Assembly: GCA_000146465.1 (NCBI GenBank)
Contig: CP001949.1
Length of the DNA stretch: 64,000 bases
Reading direction: 5' to 3' (one strand)
The notes beneath the pieces are model-generated. The model searched no databases and was not told where the DNA came from. It saw only the letters and a list, made by a program, of their open reading frames with translations. The number at the start of each line of letters is the position of its first letter. The stretch's first letter is position 1. Below are positions 1-9,849 of this stretch, one piece after another. Both the position numbers and the translations under genes were made by a program.

Positions 1-174
1 AGCTGGAGTTCTGTGTAGAAAACATTTCCTTTATGACCATAACAGATGGATGGGTGTTTGATGGAATTTGCTTTCTGTGTTCCTTGGACGGATTTCTGTC
101 ATCGTTGAGCATGAAAAGATGACTGGGCTTGGATTTAGTGGCGAATATTTGCAAACTGGTTGACAAGCCCCTAG

Positions 175-1263
175 ATGGGGATCCAAGACAAGATTAACGA
201 GATAGAGGCGGAGATGGCTAGAACCCAGAAGAACAAGAAGACCGAACATCATCTTGGGATTCTTAAGGCAAAGCTTGCAAGATACAGGCATGAGCTGGAT
301 GCGCCGAAGACCAAGTCTCTGAAAAATGATGGGTTTGAGGTCTCGAAAAGTGGAGATGCTAGGGTTGTTCTTATTGGGTTCCCTAGTGTTGGAAAGTCAA
401 CTCTTCTGTCAAAGATCACAGGGACCCATAGTAAAGCAGCAGAACACGAGTTTACCACTCTAGACTGCATATCTGGAAAGATGTGCTTGAATGACACATG
501 GATCCAAGTGCTAGATCTTCCAGGAATTGTTTCAGGGGCTGCACAAAATAGAGGGAGAGGACGGCAAGTGATAAGTGTTGCAAGAACAGCAGACTTGATC
601 CTAATGGTTCTTGATCCCCGAAGGCATGAGGACAGGAAGATTCTTGAAAACGAATTATATGAGATGGGCATAAGATTAAACAAGGAGAAGCCTGACATAT
701 CTCTCACATATACAGCAAATGGAGGAATAAACATCGGGGTAACATTGCAGCTCACAAAGACAACTGAAGATACAATAAGAGCCATTCTACGGGAGTACAA
801 AATTAACAATTGCCAGATGTTTATAAGAGAGGATGTATGCGATGATGATGTCATAGACTTGATTAGCGGATCTGCCGTCTATATAGATTGTTTGTATGTG
901 TACAACAAAATAGACGAACTTTCTCTGGAGGACTTCAACAAGATTGCAGAATGTCCCAACAGTACGCCCATAAGCTGCCAAAAAGGCTGGAATATCGATG
1001 CATTGCTTGAAGACATCTGGTCCAAGCTGAAGCTCACAAGGGTTTACACAAAGAAGAAGGGAATACCCCCGGCTTTAGACAACCCTGTGGTGATAAAGGA
1101 AGGAGGAACAGTGAGGGATCTTTGTGTTCAGATCCACAAGGATTTTCTGCAAGGTTTCAAATATGCACTGGTCTGGGGAACTAGTGCAAAACATAGCCCG
1201 CAGAAGGTCGGGCTTGGACACATGCTAGAAGATGAAGATGTGGTTCAGATATTTCTGAAGTAG
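175..1263 (+). CDS. DRG: Developmentally regulated GTP-binding protein (DRG/Rbg1, Obg-family GTPase)
   Basis: ATG at 175 preceded by cccctag. The N-terminus MGIQDKINEIEAEMARTQKNK is the DRG signature. G1 motif GFPSVGKST and G3 DLPG are present. 362 aa is typical for DRG. Confidence 0.9.
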   Translation: MGIQDKINEIEAEMARTQKNKKTEHHLGILKAKLARYRHELDAPKTKSLKNDGFEVSKSGDARVVLIGFPSVGKSTLLSKITGTHSKAAEHEFTTLDCISGKMCLNDTWIQVLDLPGIVSGAAQNRGRGRQVISVARTADLILMVLDPRRHEDRKILENELYEMGIRLNKEKPDISLTYTANGGINIGVTLQLTKTTEDTIRAILREYKINNCQMFIREDVCDDDVIDLISGSAVYIDCLYVYNKIDELSLEDFNKIAECPNSTPISCQKGWNIDALLEDIWSKLKLTRVYTKKKGIPPALDNPVVIKEGGTVRDLCVQIHKDFLQGFKYALVWGTSAKHSPQKVGLGHMLEDEDVVQIFLK

Positions 1264-1264
1264 T

Positions 1265-2587
1265 TTAGTTCTGCATGTATCTATCGAGATATATCTTCAT
1301 GTCGCCATCTGCCTTGGAATAAGCCTGGAGGAATATGGAGTAGACAGCATCCTTTTCTCTTTTCTTGTACATCCTAGCAACATTCTTAAATAAATCGTTT
1401 CTTATGAAGTACCTGTGTGTGAATCTACTGCTGCAAGACACAGTATGAAGGAGTACTTTGGAGACAAACACTTCGTTTACACCATCTCTGTGGTCGGACA
1501 GAAATATCTTCTTCATCAGCCCAGTGTTAATGAGAAATTCTCTTGCCCTGAATCCATGGTTATTAAGCAGGTACAGCAAAAGGTTCTGGAAATCTGGATG
1601 GTGTTCCATAATTCCGAGGAGGTTAAAAACTTCCGTGTAGAATGTATCTAGTTTTTCGGACTTACATACATCCAGTAATATGTACAGTCCCTCGAGTGCA
1701 TACAAAAGACTATCATCCAAGGGCTTTCTGCTAACCAGATCCTTGATCTTGGAGAGGATGTATTTAAAGTCTACAGCCTCGGACATTTTCTCTCGGAATA
1801 TAAAGCAGAGATAGTAGAATGTCTCAAAAAGATAGATGTTTTCTTTAGGTCTGTGGATTCTCTCAAGATACGTCTCCACACTTCCGATCTTATACCCGTT
1901 CCCACTGCATCTCTTGAGGAGGTCCCTTATCTCCTCATCAGACATTTCTGTTATTTTGCTCTCGCTTCTTGCCAATTCTTGCCTGTTTATGATAATGAGG
2001 AAGTCCTCGAAGGTCCTTGCAGTAGAGCCACCAAGATTCTTTTCTATGATTTCCCTATAAAATCCATATGGGGTGACTCTGCTCTTAGAAGGAACCTCAA
2101 ACAGTTCAAAAACCTTCTCTCCATTCTTAAGCAACATCTTAAACAGATGGAGACTCTCCATCTTCAGAAGTTCCAACACTCCATCCCTACTTTCAAGCAT
2201 TTTTTCAAATACAGAGTTGTCTGCGTATTTCCCGATGCCGAGAAGCTCTGCAAAGAGATTTACCTCCTTTCCAAAGGAAGTGCATTCTCTTTCCCTATCT
2301 AATTCCTCGAGGCTCCAGAAGGTCTTTTCCATAAATTCAGCGAAACTATCTCTAATTTCCTCACCTTCAAAACAGATGGCATATTCCTCAAAATCATCAT
2401 ATACAATTGCAACGTTTTTTTCCGATCTTCCACAGTGCTTCTGGCAAAGAGATATTTCAATACACCTTTCAGATCTATCGTCCTCGACAAAGATACAATT
2501 CTTTGCAATGTAGAGTATTGTTCCTGTGCATAGGTCTTCCCACTCGTCCTTCACATTTTTGAAGATCCTAGCCTTTATGAGAGCCAT
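1265..2587 (-). CDS. Hypothetical conserved protein (440 aa)
   Basis: Long ATG-initiated ORF with no overlap to neighbours. It converges on the DRG gene with a 1-nt gap. No motif recognised by eye. Confidence 0.5.
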   Translation of the reverse strand: MALIKARIFKNVKDEWEDLCTGTILYIAKNCIFVEDDRSERCIEISLCQKHCGRSEKNVAIVYDDFEEYAICFEGEEIRDSFAEFMEKTFWSLEELDRERECTSFGKEVNLFAELLGIGKYADNSVFEKMLESRDGVLELLKMESLHLFKMLLKNGEKVFELFEVPSKSRVTPYGFYREIIEKNLGGSTARTFEDFLIIINRQELARSESKITEMSDEEIRDLLKRCSGNGYKIGSVETYLERIHRPKENIYLFETFYYLCFIFREKMSEAVDFKYILSKIKDLVSRKPLDDSLLYALEGLYILLDVCKSEKLDTFYTEVFNLLGIMEHHPDFQNLLLYLLNNHGFRAREFLINTGLMKKIFLSDHRDGVNEVFVSKVLLHTVSCSSRFTHRYFIRNDLFKNVARMYKKREKDAVYSIFLQAYSKADGDMKIYLDRYMQN

Positions 2588-2661
2588 GAGGGATCTATTG
2601 TGTGAAAGATATTCATCAAAAGGTACAAATGTTTATTGTATTTTGGCTCTCTTTGAAGCTA

Positions 2662-3618
2662 TCATAATCCAAAACCAGGATCGATTTTCTTAAGACCTTT
2701 GTATCCAAGTAGAGAGAGCCCGGCCAGAGAAAACATGAGATGATATAAGTCAACTTCGTCTCCAGGTCTATCAGAGAATCCCCCACTCCGTCCTTGGCAG
2801 GACAATATGAAATTCTCCAACCTCTCTTGATTCACACAATTTTCTTTTCCAATAAGCACAAGAGAAGAGTATGCCCAAAACGAATAGCAAACATCTTCCT
2901 TCTTGCTCACCCTTCCAGAAAGACCTCCAGATCTTGCCTGCTTCTTGACTATAAATCTAGAGATACTTTCCTTGTCGACAAGCTCCAAAGCCCCAAGAGA
3001 CCTTAGCGTGCTTAGGCAACAGAACACTTGTGCAGCATGAGATTCAGCACCCTCAACAGCCCCAAATCCCCCATCCAGATTGTAACATTTTTGAATATAT
3101 TGAACAATAGCTTTCAAATCAACCCCAACCTCCGACAAAAACACCTTGCACGCCGGCCTAGACAAACTTTCGGGATCAAAATCTCCCCTTTCCAAAAGAG
3201 ACAGTAACTGCAGCCCCAAGACTCCGCAGCAGCTGATTCGGGTGTCTATCTCTCCATACCTGTCATTGTAGAAATATCCCTCCGGCTGCAGCAGTCCTGA
3301 TATAAATAAAGCAGTGTTCCTGTCACGGTAAGCTATGCGATAGATGTAGAGTATTTGCAGGGCATGGAAGGTACTTGTTATGTTGGAAGGGTATCCCTTG
3401 CATCCTCCAAACCCTCCATCGTCATTCTTACAGTTCATTACATACTCGATTATTCGGTCCTTCATTCTTAGCATCTCCTCCCTTCCCAACATCGATAGGG
3501 AGTTCACAGACCAGTATATAGTGCTGAGTCTGTATGGCTCCGTCAAGTAATACAGGAAGTTCTTTGTGTCTATCATACTTTGGATAAAAGAACAGTGTTC
3601 ATCAACCTTTAAACTCAT
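2662..3618 (-). CDS. Protein prenyltransferase beta subunit (Rab geranylgeranyltransferase beta-like)
   Basis: Repeated GGFGG / DGGF prenyltransferase alpha-alpha toroid repeats. About 318 aa fits GGTase-II beta. The track start is TTG, so I moved it to the first ATG (MSLKVDE...). Confidence 0.75.
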   Translation of the reverse strand: MSLKVDEHCSFIQSMIDTKNFLYYLTEPYRLSTIYWSVNSLSMLGREEMLRMKDRIIEYVMNCKNDDGGFGGCKGYPSNITSTFHALQILYIYRIAYRDRNTALFISGLLQPEGYFYNDRYGEIDTRISCCGVLGLQLLSLLERGDFDPESLSRPACKVFLSEVGVDLKAIVQYIQKCYNLDGGFGAVEGAESHAAQVFCCLSTLRSLGALELVDKESISRFIVKKQARSGGLSGRVSKKEDVCYSFWAYSSLVLIGKENCVNQERLENFILSCQGRSGGFSDRPGDEVDLYHLMFSLAGLSLLGYKGLKKIDPGFGL

Positions 3619-3786
3619 TCCAGGGCCCAAATTTCTTGTCTTCCTTAAAAACTGCTTTGCTTAAAAGAAAAGACACAGGTGCAGAGTCTGGTCCCTCTTG
3701 AATCTGTTGTAGACTCAGGTACAGAGATTTGATAAAGATTGAAATGTCTTTAAAAGTATTTACATTCAATCAAAACAAAAACAAAG

Positions 3787-5466
3787 ATGAATGAAGTTGA
3801 AAGCAACAATCACACTCCTCTTCATCCAGATATTCCCACAGAGGACCAGATAGAAGAGGAAGCTAACAGCAGGCGAGGGATTCTTCGATATTTCAGGGTA
3901 GCAAAAGTAGAGTACACAAAATTCACTGTTTTGGGATTGATGTTTGGAATAATTGGTTTCATATACTCGTTCATGAGGATTCTTAAGGACATGTTTGTGA
4001 TGGTGAGACAGGAGCCTACAACAATACTGTTCATCAAGATCTTTTACATTCTTCCTGTTTCCATGGCCCTTGTGTTCCTCATACAATATATGCTGGGGAC
4101 AAAGACGGTGTCGCGAATCTTCTCCATCTTTTGCGGGGGATTTGCATCTCTGTTCTTTTTCTGTGGTGTTGTGTTTCTGATTGAGGAGCAAGTTGCTCCT
4201 TCCAAGTTTCTCTTCCGTGACATGTTTGTTGACGGGAAGATGTCCACTAGAGGCCTCAATGTCTTCAAATCGATGTTTCTGACCTTAAATGAGCCTCTTG
4301 CCACAATCGTCTTCATCTCGGCCGAGATGTGGGGAAGCCTTGTCCTGTCCTATCTTTTCCTGAGTTTTCTGAATGAATCGTGCACAATCAAACAGTTTTC
4401 GAGGTTTATTCCCCCTCTCATAATCATCACAAACGTGTCGTTGTTTCTTTCTGCAACAGTGGCTGGAGCCTTTTTCAAGCTTCGAGAAAAACTAGCCTAC
4501 CAACAAAATCAGTTTCTACTCTCGGGAATATTCATCTCCCAAGGCCTTCTTGTGGTCTTGGTGATCTTCCTGAAGATATATCTTGAGAGAGTGGCAATGA
4601 AAAAGCCCTTGTTCATCGTCTCCTCCGGATCAAGAAGAAAGAAAGCTAAGCCCAACGTGTCTTTTTCAGAGGGCCTTGAGATCATGTCGCAGTCAAAGTT
4701 ACTTCTTGCCATGTCTCTCATTGTCTTGTTCTTCAACATTTCCTACAACATGATCGAGTCTACATTCAAAGTCGGAGTTAAGGTTGCTGCAGAATACTTC
4801 AATGAAGAGAAGGGCAAGTACTCCGGAAAGTTCAATAGAATTGACCAGTATCTTACCTCGACAGTGGTCATATGTCTCAACTTGTCGCCCTTTTCAAGCT
4901 ATGTTGAGACAAGAGGATTTCTTCTTGTTGGGGTCATAACGCCGATTGTGACGCTTCTGGCCATTACTCTTTTCTTGGGGTCTTCACTTTACAACACCAG
5001 TATGGAAGAGTCTGGAATTGGAATTGTAAATAGCCTCTTTCCAAGAGGAAAGCCACTTTACATTCTTGAAAATTACTCCGGGATAATCTTCATGTCCTTG
5101 CTGAAGATCACAAAGTACTCTGCATTTGACATCTGTAAGGAGAAGCTTGGGATGAGAATCAATCCCACATACCGGGCAAGATTCAAGAGTGTGTACGATG
5201 GGATCTTTGGAAAGCTTGGGAAATCAATAGGATCCATATATGGATTACTGATGTTCGAAGCCTTAGACACCGAGGACCTTAGAAAGGCAACACCCATAAC
5301 TGTGGGAATCATCTTCATCTTTGTTGTTATGTGGATAAAAGCAATCATCTATCTGTCAAGATCCTATGATTCTGCAGTACTACACAATAGAGACGTCGAC
5401 ATCGATATGACTGAGAAGGCCAAGAAAAGTATGGAAACATCCGAGCCTTCAAAAGCTGTAGATTAA
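3787..5466 (+). CDS. NTT: TLC-type ATP/ADP nucleotide transporter (NTT)
   Basis: 559 aa with about 12 predicted TM helices. The hydrophobic/charged layout and overall similarity match plastid/Chlamydia/Rickettsia-type nucleotide translocases, as found in microsporidia. ATG confirmed. Confidence 0.7.
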   Translation: MNEVESNNHTPLHPDIPTEDQIEEEANSRRGILRYFRVAKVEYTKFTVLGLMFGIIGFIYSFMRILKDMFVMVRQEPTTILFIKIFYILPVSMALVFLIQYMLGTKTVSRIFSIFCGGFASLFFFCGVVFLIEEQVAPSKFLFRDMFVDGKMSTRGLNVFKSMFLTLNEPLATIVFISAEMWGSLVLSYLFLSFLNESCTIKQFSRFIPPLIIITNVSLFLSATVAGAFFKLREKLAYQQNQFLLSGIFISQGLLVVLVIFLKIYLERVAMKKPLFIVSSGSRRKKAKPNVSFSEGLEIMSQSKLLLAMSLIVLFFNISYNMIESTFKVGVKVAAEYFNEEKGKYSGKFNRIDQYLTSTVVICLNLSPFSSYVETRGFLLVGVITPIVTLLAITLFLGSSLYNTSMEESGIGIVNSLFPRGKPLYILENYSGIIFMSLLKITKYSAFDICKEKLGMRINPTYRARFKSVYDGIFGKLGKSIGSIYGLLMFEALDTEDLRKATPITVGIIFIFVVMWIKAIIYLSRSYDSAVLHNRDVDIDMTEKAKKSMETSEPSKAVD

Positions 5467-5502
5467 AAGCACAATTCAAGACTGTTTTATTCTTCATGAT
5501 TT

Positions 5503-5769
5503 TCAAATATGGCCTTCGGCCTTGCTAGAGGAGTTGAAAAAGCCATAGCGTGCAATTCTTTCCATATAGGACTTGTTTTCCTTATCACGATTTCTTATCC
5601 TGAATGCCCCGTAGACCGACACAGATAAAATAAACAAACAGGCCAAAATGCATTGGAGAGTTGCATATTCCAAGAAAGATATGGAAGTATACATCTTGGT
5701 TACACATGTAGAGATAAACATGAGTAAAAGCAAACTTCTGGCCATCGGTATACTTTTGGCTTCCTGCAT
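5503..5769 (-). CDS. Small hypothetical membrane protein (88 aa)
   Basis: ATG-initiated ORF with two hydrophobic segments. It lies in an otherwise unusually long (about 365 bp) spacer. No homology recognised. Confidence 0.2.
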   Translation of the reverse strand: MQEAKSIPMARSLLLLMFISTCVTKMYTSISFLEYATLQCILACLFILSVSVYGAFRIRNRDKENKSYMERIARYGFFNSSSKAEGHI

Positions 5770-5831
5770 TTGGGGTCATTCTCTGCCGCTTCAAATGTGA
5801 AATGCAGCAGGTAGTAACGAGTAAGAAGCGC

Positions 5832-6131
5832 TTACGATTCGACTGTGAGCCTGTATCCACATTCACAGGAATAGAAGACTGTTTGGCCCTCGTCGGTAGA
5901 TCTCAGCTGCACTGTATTGTACATCATTTCTTCAGCACCGCACCCGGGACATCGATGCTTTATCTTTGCACCTTCCACTTCTATGACTTCTATATGAGAA
6001 TCTCTTTGAACTTCAATTTCGGTGAAGACAGGCTTTATCATCTCGATACTATTTTCTCTCTTGCATCGGAGGCATTCCACTTTGCTGCTGTTGGATTTGA
6101 TATAGATTAACGTTCCACAAATACAAAACAT
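5832..6131 (-). CDS. RNA polymerase small subunit with N-terminal and C-terminal TFIIS-type zinc ribbons (A12.2/Rpb9/C11 family, closest to Pol I A12.2)
   Basis: N-terminal CxC...CxxC and C-terminal motif QLRSTDEGQTVFYSCECGYR (compare RSADEGATVFY..CGYKF in A12.2). 99 aa. Confidence 0.6.
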   Translation of the reverse strand: MFCICGTLIYIKSNSSKVECLRCKRENSIEMIKPVFTEIEVQRDSHIEVIEVEGAKIKHRCPGCGAEEMMYNTVQLRSTDEGQTVFYSCECGYRLTVES

Positions 6132-6312
6132 ACTGGGCCTAGATTTTGAAGAATCTTATATGGAAAGAAATGAAGATTTGGTGCAGCTGGAGCAGAGCGT
6201 CAGTGCGGAGTGAAACCTACGGCCAGCTTCATGTGGAGGATGCATGAATAGGAAAATCTAGAAATTAATAGATACCTTCTGGAGATAAAATAGTGGGGAA
6301 CCTGCCCTAAAC

Positions 6313-7542
6313 ATGGGGGGAGTTCAAATTGGTGGGAAAATAGGTAGAAGCATGGATGGAAAAATGAAAGAGGGAGATATGAAGAAATCTAGAAATATCC
6401 ACCTGGACTTGGAGGAAGTGGCAATGTGCAGCATAGAGGCTCTTAAAGCCAATCCCTCCAATGTTGAAGCTCTATATAGTCTAGGAAAATACCATATAGA
6501 AAACAAAAATATAGATGAAGTAGAGACTATTGCAAATAAGTTGTTTGAATTAGAGGAGGAATCTTACGAGGCATGTGTACTAAGTGGGCACATAGGTCTG
6601 CAGACAAGTGAGCTAGATAAGAGCTACGAGAACTTTGTGAAGGCATATGGCAAGGTAGAATACAAAGACAAGTTTCTGATATATGGAATCTCGCTTTTTT
6701 ACGAAGCCTTAGGAGACTATGCAAGTGAAAGACCCTGGCTTGTACTTCTGAATAAGCTGGGGGTAGAGGAGTACAAGAGCTATGAAGTTTTGTTTAGAAC
6801 AGGTGTTTGTCTTAAGAAAATGAACAGACTTCAAGACTCGATCAATGTCTTCCGTGTGATCTTGTACGATCCCGTATCGGATACCTATGATCCCTATGCT
6901 CAAATCCAGATGGCACACCTTTACGAGATGCAGTCCAAGCATGACCTTGCAATCGAGATCTTGAGCAGGATAAAGAAGGAAGGAAAGCTCAACCTTATGG
7001 TTTCGAGACTCCATGCATGGATAGACTTCAAGGTTGGGAACTTTCGGAGAGTAAGGAAGCGGCATAAAGAAGATAGTGATACTATTGACGATCCTTATCT
7101 CCTGTATCTAGCCGGAAGGATAAAGTACATGGAGAAGAACTACACAGATGCACTGAGAAAGTATATGAAGGTTATTCAAACAGATTCCATCTGTGGAATG
7201 GTGCACAACTCTATAGGATGCATATACCTTCGGCAAGGAAATCTTGTATCTGCAAAGATTGCCTTCATAAATGCCCTAGAGGCCAATCCAAGGTTTTCTG
7301 AAGCATCAATGAATCTCAAGCATATCGAAAAAATCATACCTAAGAAAACAAAGGAAACCATCGAACCGCTGGAGGACATTCTATACAATCCGAGAGAACT
7401 ACCTCCATCAATCGGGAGAACAAGATACCTTGACTCTGGAGGGGTTTTTTCTGATCCGGTGTATAACATCCACCCTCGGATGTTTAGAATTCTTCTTCCG
7501 ATGAAAACATCTAAACTCGAGTTACTTCCTGGACGATCTTAA
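6313..7542 (+). CDS. TPR-repeat protein (function unknown)
   Basis: Repeated 34-residue helical motifs with the A/Y/L periodicity of TPR repeats (e.g. NVEALYSLGKYH, CGMVHNSIGCIYLRQGNLVSAKIAFINALEANP). ATG confirmed. Confidence 0.5.
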   Translation: MGGVQIGGKIGRSMDGKMKEGDMKKSRNIHLDLEEVAMCSIEALKANPSNVEALYSLGKYHIENKNIDEVETIANKLFELEEESYEACVLSGHIGLQTSELDKSYENFVKAYGKVEYKDKFLIYGISLFYEALGDYASERPWLVLLNKLGVEEYKSYEVLFRTGVCLKKMNRLQDSINVFRVILYDPVSDTYDPYAQIQMAHLYEMQSKHDLAIEILSRIKKEGKLNLMVSRLHAWIDFKVGNFRRVRKRHKEDSDTIDDPYLLYLAGRIKYMEKNYTDALRKYMKVIQTDSICGMVHNSIGCIYLRQGNLVSAKIAFINALEANPRFSEASMNLKHIEKIIPKKTKETIEPLEDILYNPRELPPSIGRTRYLDSGGVFSDPVYNIHPRMFRILLPMKTSKLELLPGRS

Positions 7543-7562
7543 ACAGCTTATTAAATTGAAAG

Positions 7563-8564
7563 ATGTACAGTCATGTCTGTCAAGGTTTTCAATGTATTCG
7601 ACTACACCCCATTTCTCCAGACGACCTGTTGGATAAGCTTCAACCCAGAATCCCGATTGGTGAGCTACAAACTCAAAACAAAGGATCTTCCAGACTAACG
7701 ATGAGGTTTCCTACCATAACAGTGGATAGAGAAAGAGACTTCAACACACACTTTGCATTCCCTCGAGACATATATCTCCTGATGGCTCTTTCTCTGATGA
7801 TTGTGATGGTTAAGAATTTGATGATTCTCCCTATGGCGTCTACCTTAATCAAGAGATTTGGTATGGAAAAGAGTTTAGAGTTTGAGAGAAAGAAGAAGTT
7901 CTCTATTTCTCTTTGGAAGGCTTTGTTTTATTCTTTCACATCGATTTATGGATACTTTGTAATAAGGAGTGAACCAGAAGCTTACACCATGGAAAACCTC
8001 ATAGGAACTTGGGGGATTCACAGGACTCCTTCTAAAGTCTTATTCTATTATTATCTGGAGTTTACATATTACTTTGTTGAGCTATTTTATCTCTTTAGTG
8101 AGCATATGTATAAAGACTTCCTGCAGATGGTTGCTCACCACATTGTGACTATGCTTCTTCTGTTTCTGTCTTATCACAAGGACCTGCTACGCCCGGGTGT
8201 TATCATCATAGCTATACATGACATATCAGACCCATTTTTAGAAATCAGCAAACTTATAAACTACATTCGTTATAAGCCTCTGGCCACAAACATATTCATA
8301 TGCTTTGCCGGGGTCTTTTTTGTTTCTAGGATAGGAATCTACACACCTCTTATTACATTTCCTATATGCATCACCATATGGGAACATGAATTTGGCCGAG
8401 TCCTGACCTTTATCTCTGTGTTATTACAAGGATTGGTATGCATGCATGTTATATGGTTCTGGATAATTCTAAAGATGATAAAGAAGATTGTTCGCAAAGA
8501 AGAGTTTGAAGACATTAGATCTGTCAAGCCCCAGGGCTCTTCCATTCATATCAAGTGCAAGTAA
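7563..8564 (+). CDS. TLC-domain membrane protein (LAG1/ceramide-synthase / TRAM-like)
   Basis: Multi-TM protein with a TLC-like core (HH..T..LL..SY....RPG..I...HD.SD..LE). 333 aa. Confidence 0.5.
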   Translation: MYSHVCQGFQCIRLHPISPDDLLDKLQPRIPIGELQTQNKGSSRLTMRFPTITVDRERDFNTHFAFPRDIYLLMALSLMIVMVKNLMILPMASTLIKRFGMEKSLEFERKKKFSISLWKALFYSFTSIYGYFVIRSEPEAYTMENLIGTWGIHRTPSKVLFYYYLEFTYYFVELFYLFSEHMYKDFLQMVAHHIVTMLLLFLSYHKDLLRPGVIIIAIHDISDPFLEISKLINYIRYKPLATNIFICFAGVFFVSRIGIYTPLITFPICITIWEHEFGRVLTFISVLLQGLVCMHVIWFWIILKMIKKIVRKEEFEDIRSVKPQGSSIHIKCK

Positions 8565-8611
8565 ACACACAAGTTCAGGTTAGATATTCAGGTGGGGTTG
8601 CCCCTCGGTAG

Positions 8612-9358
8612 ATGATCATGGTACTTTTGGTGTATCAGCTAGTACTTGCAATAGAGACTTGCAGGTTTGTGAAGTACTTCTGTGACGAGCAGGGAATAAA
8701 GGTTCCCGAACAAATAATGGACGATTACAACGAAGCAGAAGGAGAGTTTGGAAACGATCCAGAGTCCTTTGATTTCATATTTCACAATGGAGGCGAAATG
8801 GACATTTTCCAATACAAGATTGGAGTAGAGCTGGTTGCGTCGGTGTTCCTGGTCAGAAGGACATTCTACATGATAGTAGATGAAGAACCTGTGGGGAGAA
8901 GTGTTGTTTTGCTTTACACAATGTATGTTTCGAAAAAATATCGAGGAAAGGGATACTCAAAAAGAATCCTGAAGGATGCTTTAGACTCTCTGAATAGCCA
9001 TTACGGAATGAACGGAGACTTCTTGGTGGTCTTACATTTGGATCCAAAGGATAGAGATATGGCCCTTGCCTTTTCTTTATACTACAACCTCAACTTCAGG
9101 AATGGAGGGTTTTCAATGACAGGTCCAGGGGAAAAGCAATATTTCCTGGAGGAAATTCTTGAATATAGAGATCCCTGCGACGCAGTTGATAAATACAATG
9201 AGAAAAGAGATAAAGGGCTACACATGATAATGTTCTGTGAATACTCAAAGCTTTTTACATGTAAGAAGATTCCATATGAGCGATTAATGGAGTATGGATC
9301 AAGGCTGAAGAGCATTTTGAGGAGTAATAAGCCGGTGGAAACCCAATCTATGTCATGA
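8612..9358 (+). CDS. Putative GNAT-family N-acetyltransferase
   Basis: Acetyl-CoA binding motif-A-like segment VVLLYTMYVSKKYRGKGYSKRIL (R/QxxGxG/A). 248 aa. Confidence 0.4.
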   Translation: MIMVLLVYQLVLAIETCRFVKYFCDEQGIKVPEQIMDDYNEAEGEFGNDPESFDFIFHNGGEMDIFQYKIGVELVASVFLVRRTFYMIVDEEPVGRSVVLLYTMYVSKKYRGKGYSKRILKDALDSLNSHYGMNGDFLVVLHLDPKDRDMALAFSLYYNLNFRNGGFSMTGPGEKQYFLEEILEYRDPCDAVDKYNEKRDKGLHMIMFCEYSKLFTCKKIPYERLMEYGSRLKSILRSNKPVETQSMS

Positions 9359-9438
9359 AACAAAGAACAGGGAGACATCAAACTTCTGAAACAGACAAAA
9401 AACAGAAGGATATATAACCTGAGATGAGTTAAACAACA

Positions 9439-9843
9439 ATGAAAGCAATTTTCTTGATTATGTTGTTAATTTATGGAATTCAAGGGATAGAGATAGAATG
9501 GAGTATTTCGGAGAAGGATACTGATTACGAAAAGATCATAAGGGAAGAGAAATGTGTTCTGTTCATCAAAAAGTTCTGCCCTTTCAGTATTAAAGCAAGG
9601 GAGCTGCTGTATAATAAGGGCATTTCCTGTAAGATTATCCCGGTAGACGGGCGGATCAAGCCCTACAATTTCGCGAAGACCTACCAGAGTACATTCCCTG
9701 TCTTCTTCTTCAATGGAACCTTTATCGAAGGAGGCTATCAAAAGCTCAAAGATCTTTCTATTCACAAACTTCCCCCATTTGACCAATCCCCCCTGTTTAC
9801 AGAGGGTAGTTATGAAGCTTCTTTTAGATCAAAGATCAAGTAA
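9439..9843 (+). CDS. Glutaredoxin-like protein with N-terminal signal peptide
   Basis: Hydrophobic leader MKAIFLIMLLIYGIQG. Glutaredoxin fold: VLFIKKFCPFSIKARELL (CPFS active site) ... TFPVFFFNGTFIEGGYQKL (compare TVPQVFINGKHIGG). Confidence 0.65.
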   Translation: MKAIFLIMLLIYGIQGIEIEWSISEKDTDYEKIIREEKCVLFIKKFCPFSIKARELLYNKGISCKIIPVDGRIKPYNFAKTYQSTFPVFFFNGTFIEGGYQKLKDLSIHKLPPFDQSPLFTEGSYEASFRSKIK

Positions 9844-9849
9844 AGTCCT

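Noticed and set aside
249-854. 201-aa minus-strand ORF (plus a 64-aa ORF at 787-981) inside the DRG gene
   Set aside because: Entirely antisense to a highly conserved GTPase CDS, with no motif and a composition typical of reverse-frame ORFs. It is an artefact of six-frame translation.
3628-3630. Non-ATG (TTG/GTG/CTG) start codons reported as M in the ORF track, e.g. 3630, 12245, 13994, 21747, 26334, 31369, 32101, 36785, 39283, 44291, 45476, 46965, 47767, 49320, 50165, 52276, 53233, 56055
   Set aside because: These appear to be bacterial-style alternative starts used by the ORF caller. For a eukaryote I moved them to the first in-frame ATG, which in several cases (V-ATPase d, SBDS, SPX, METTL5, DPH6) also matches the conserved N-terminus.
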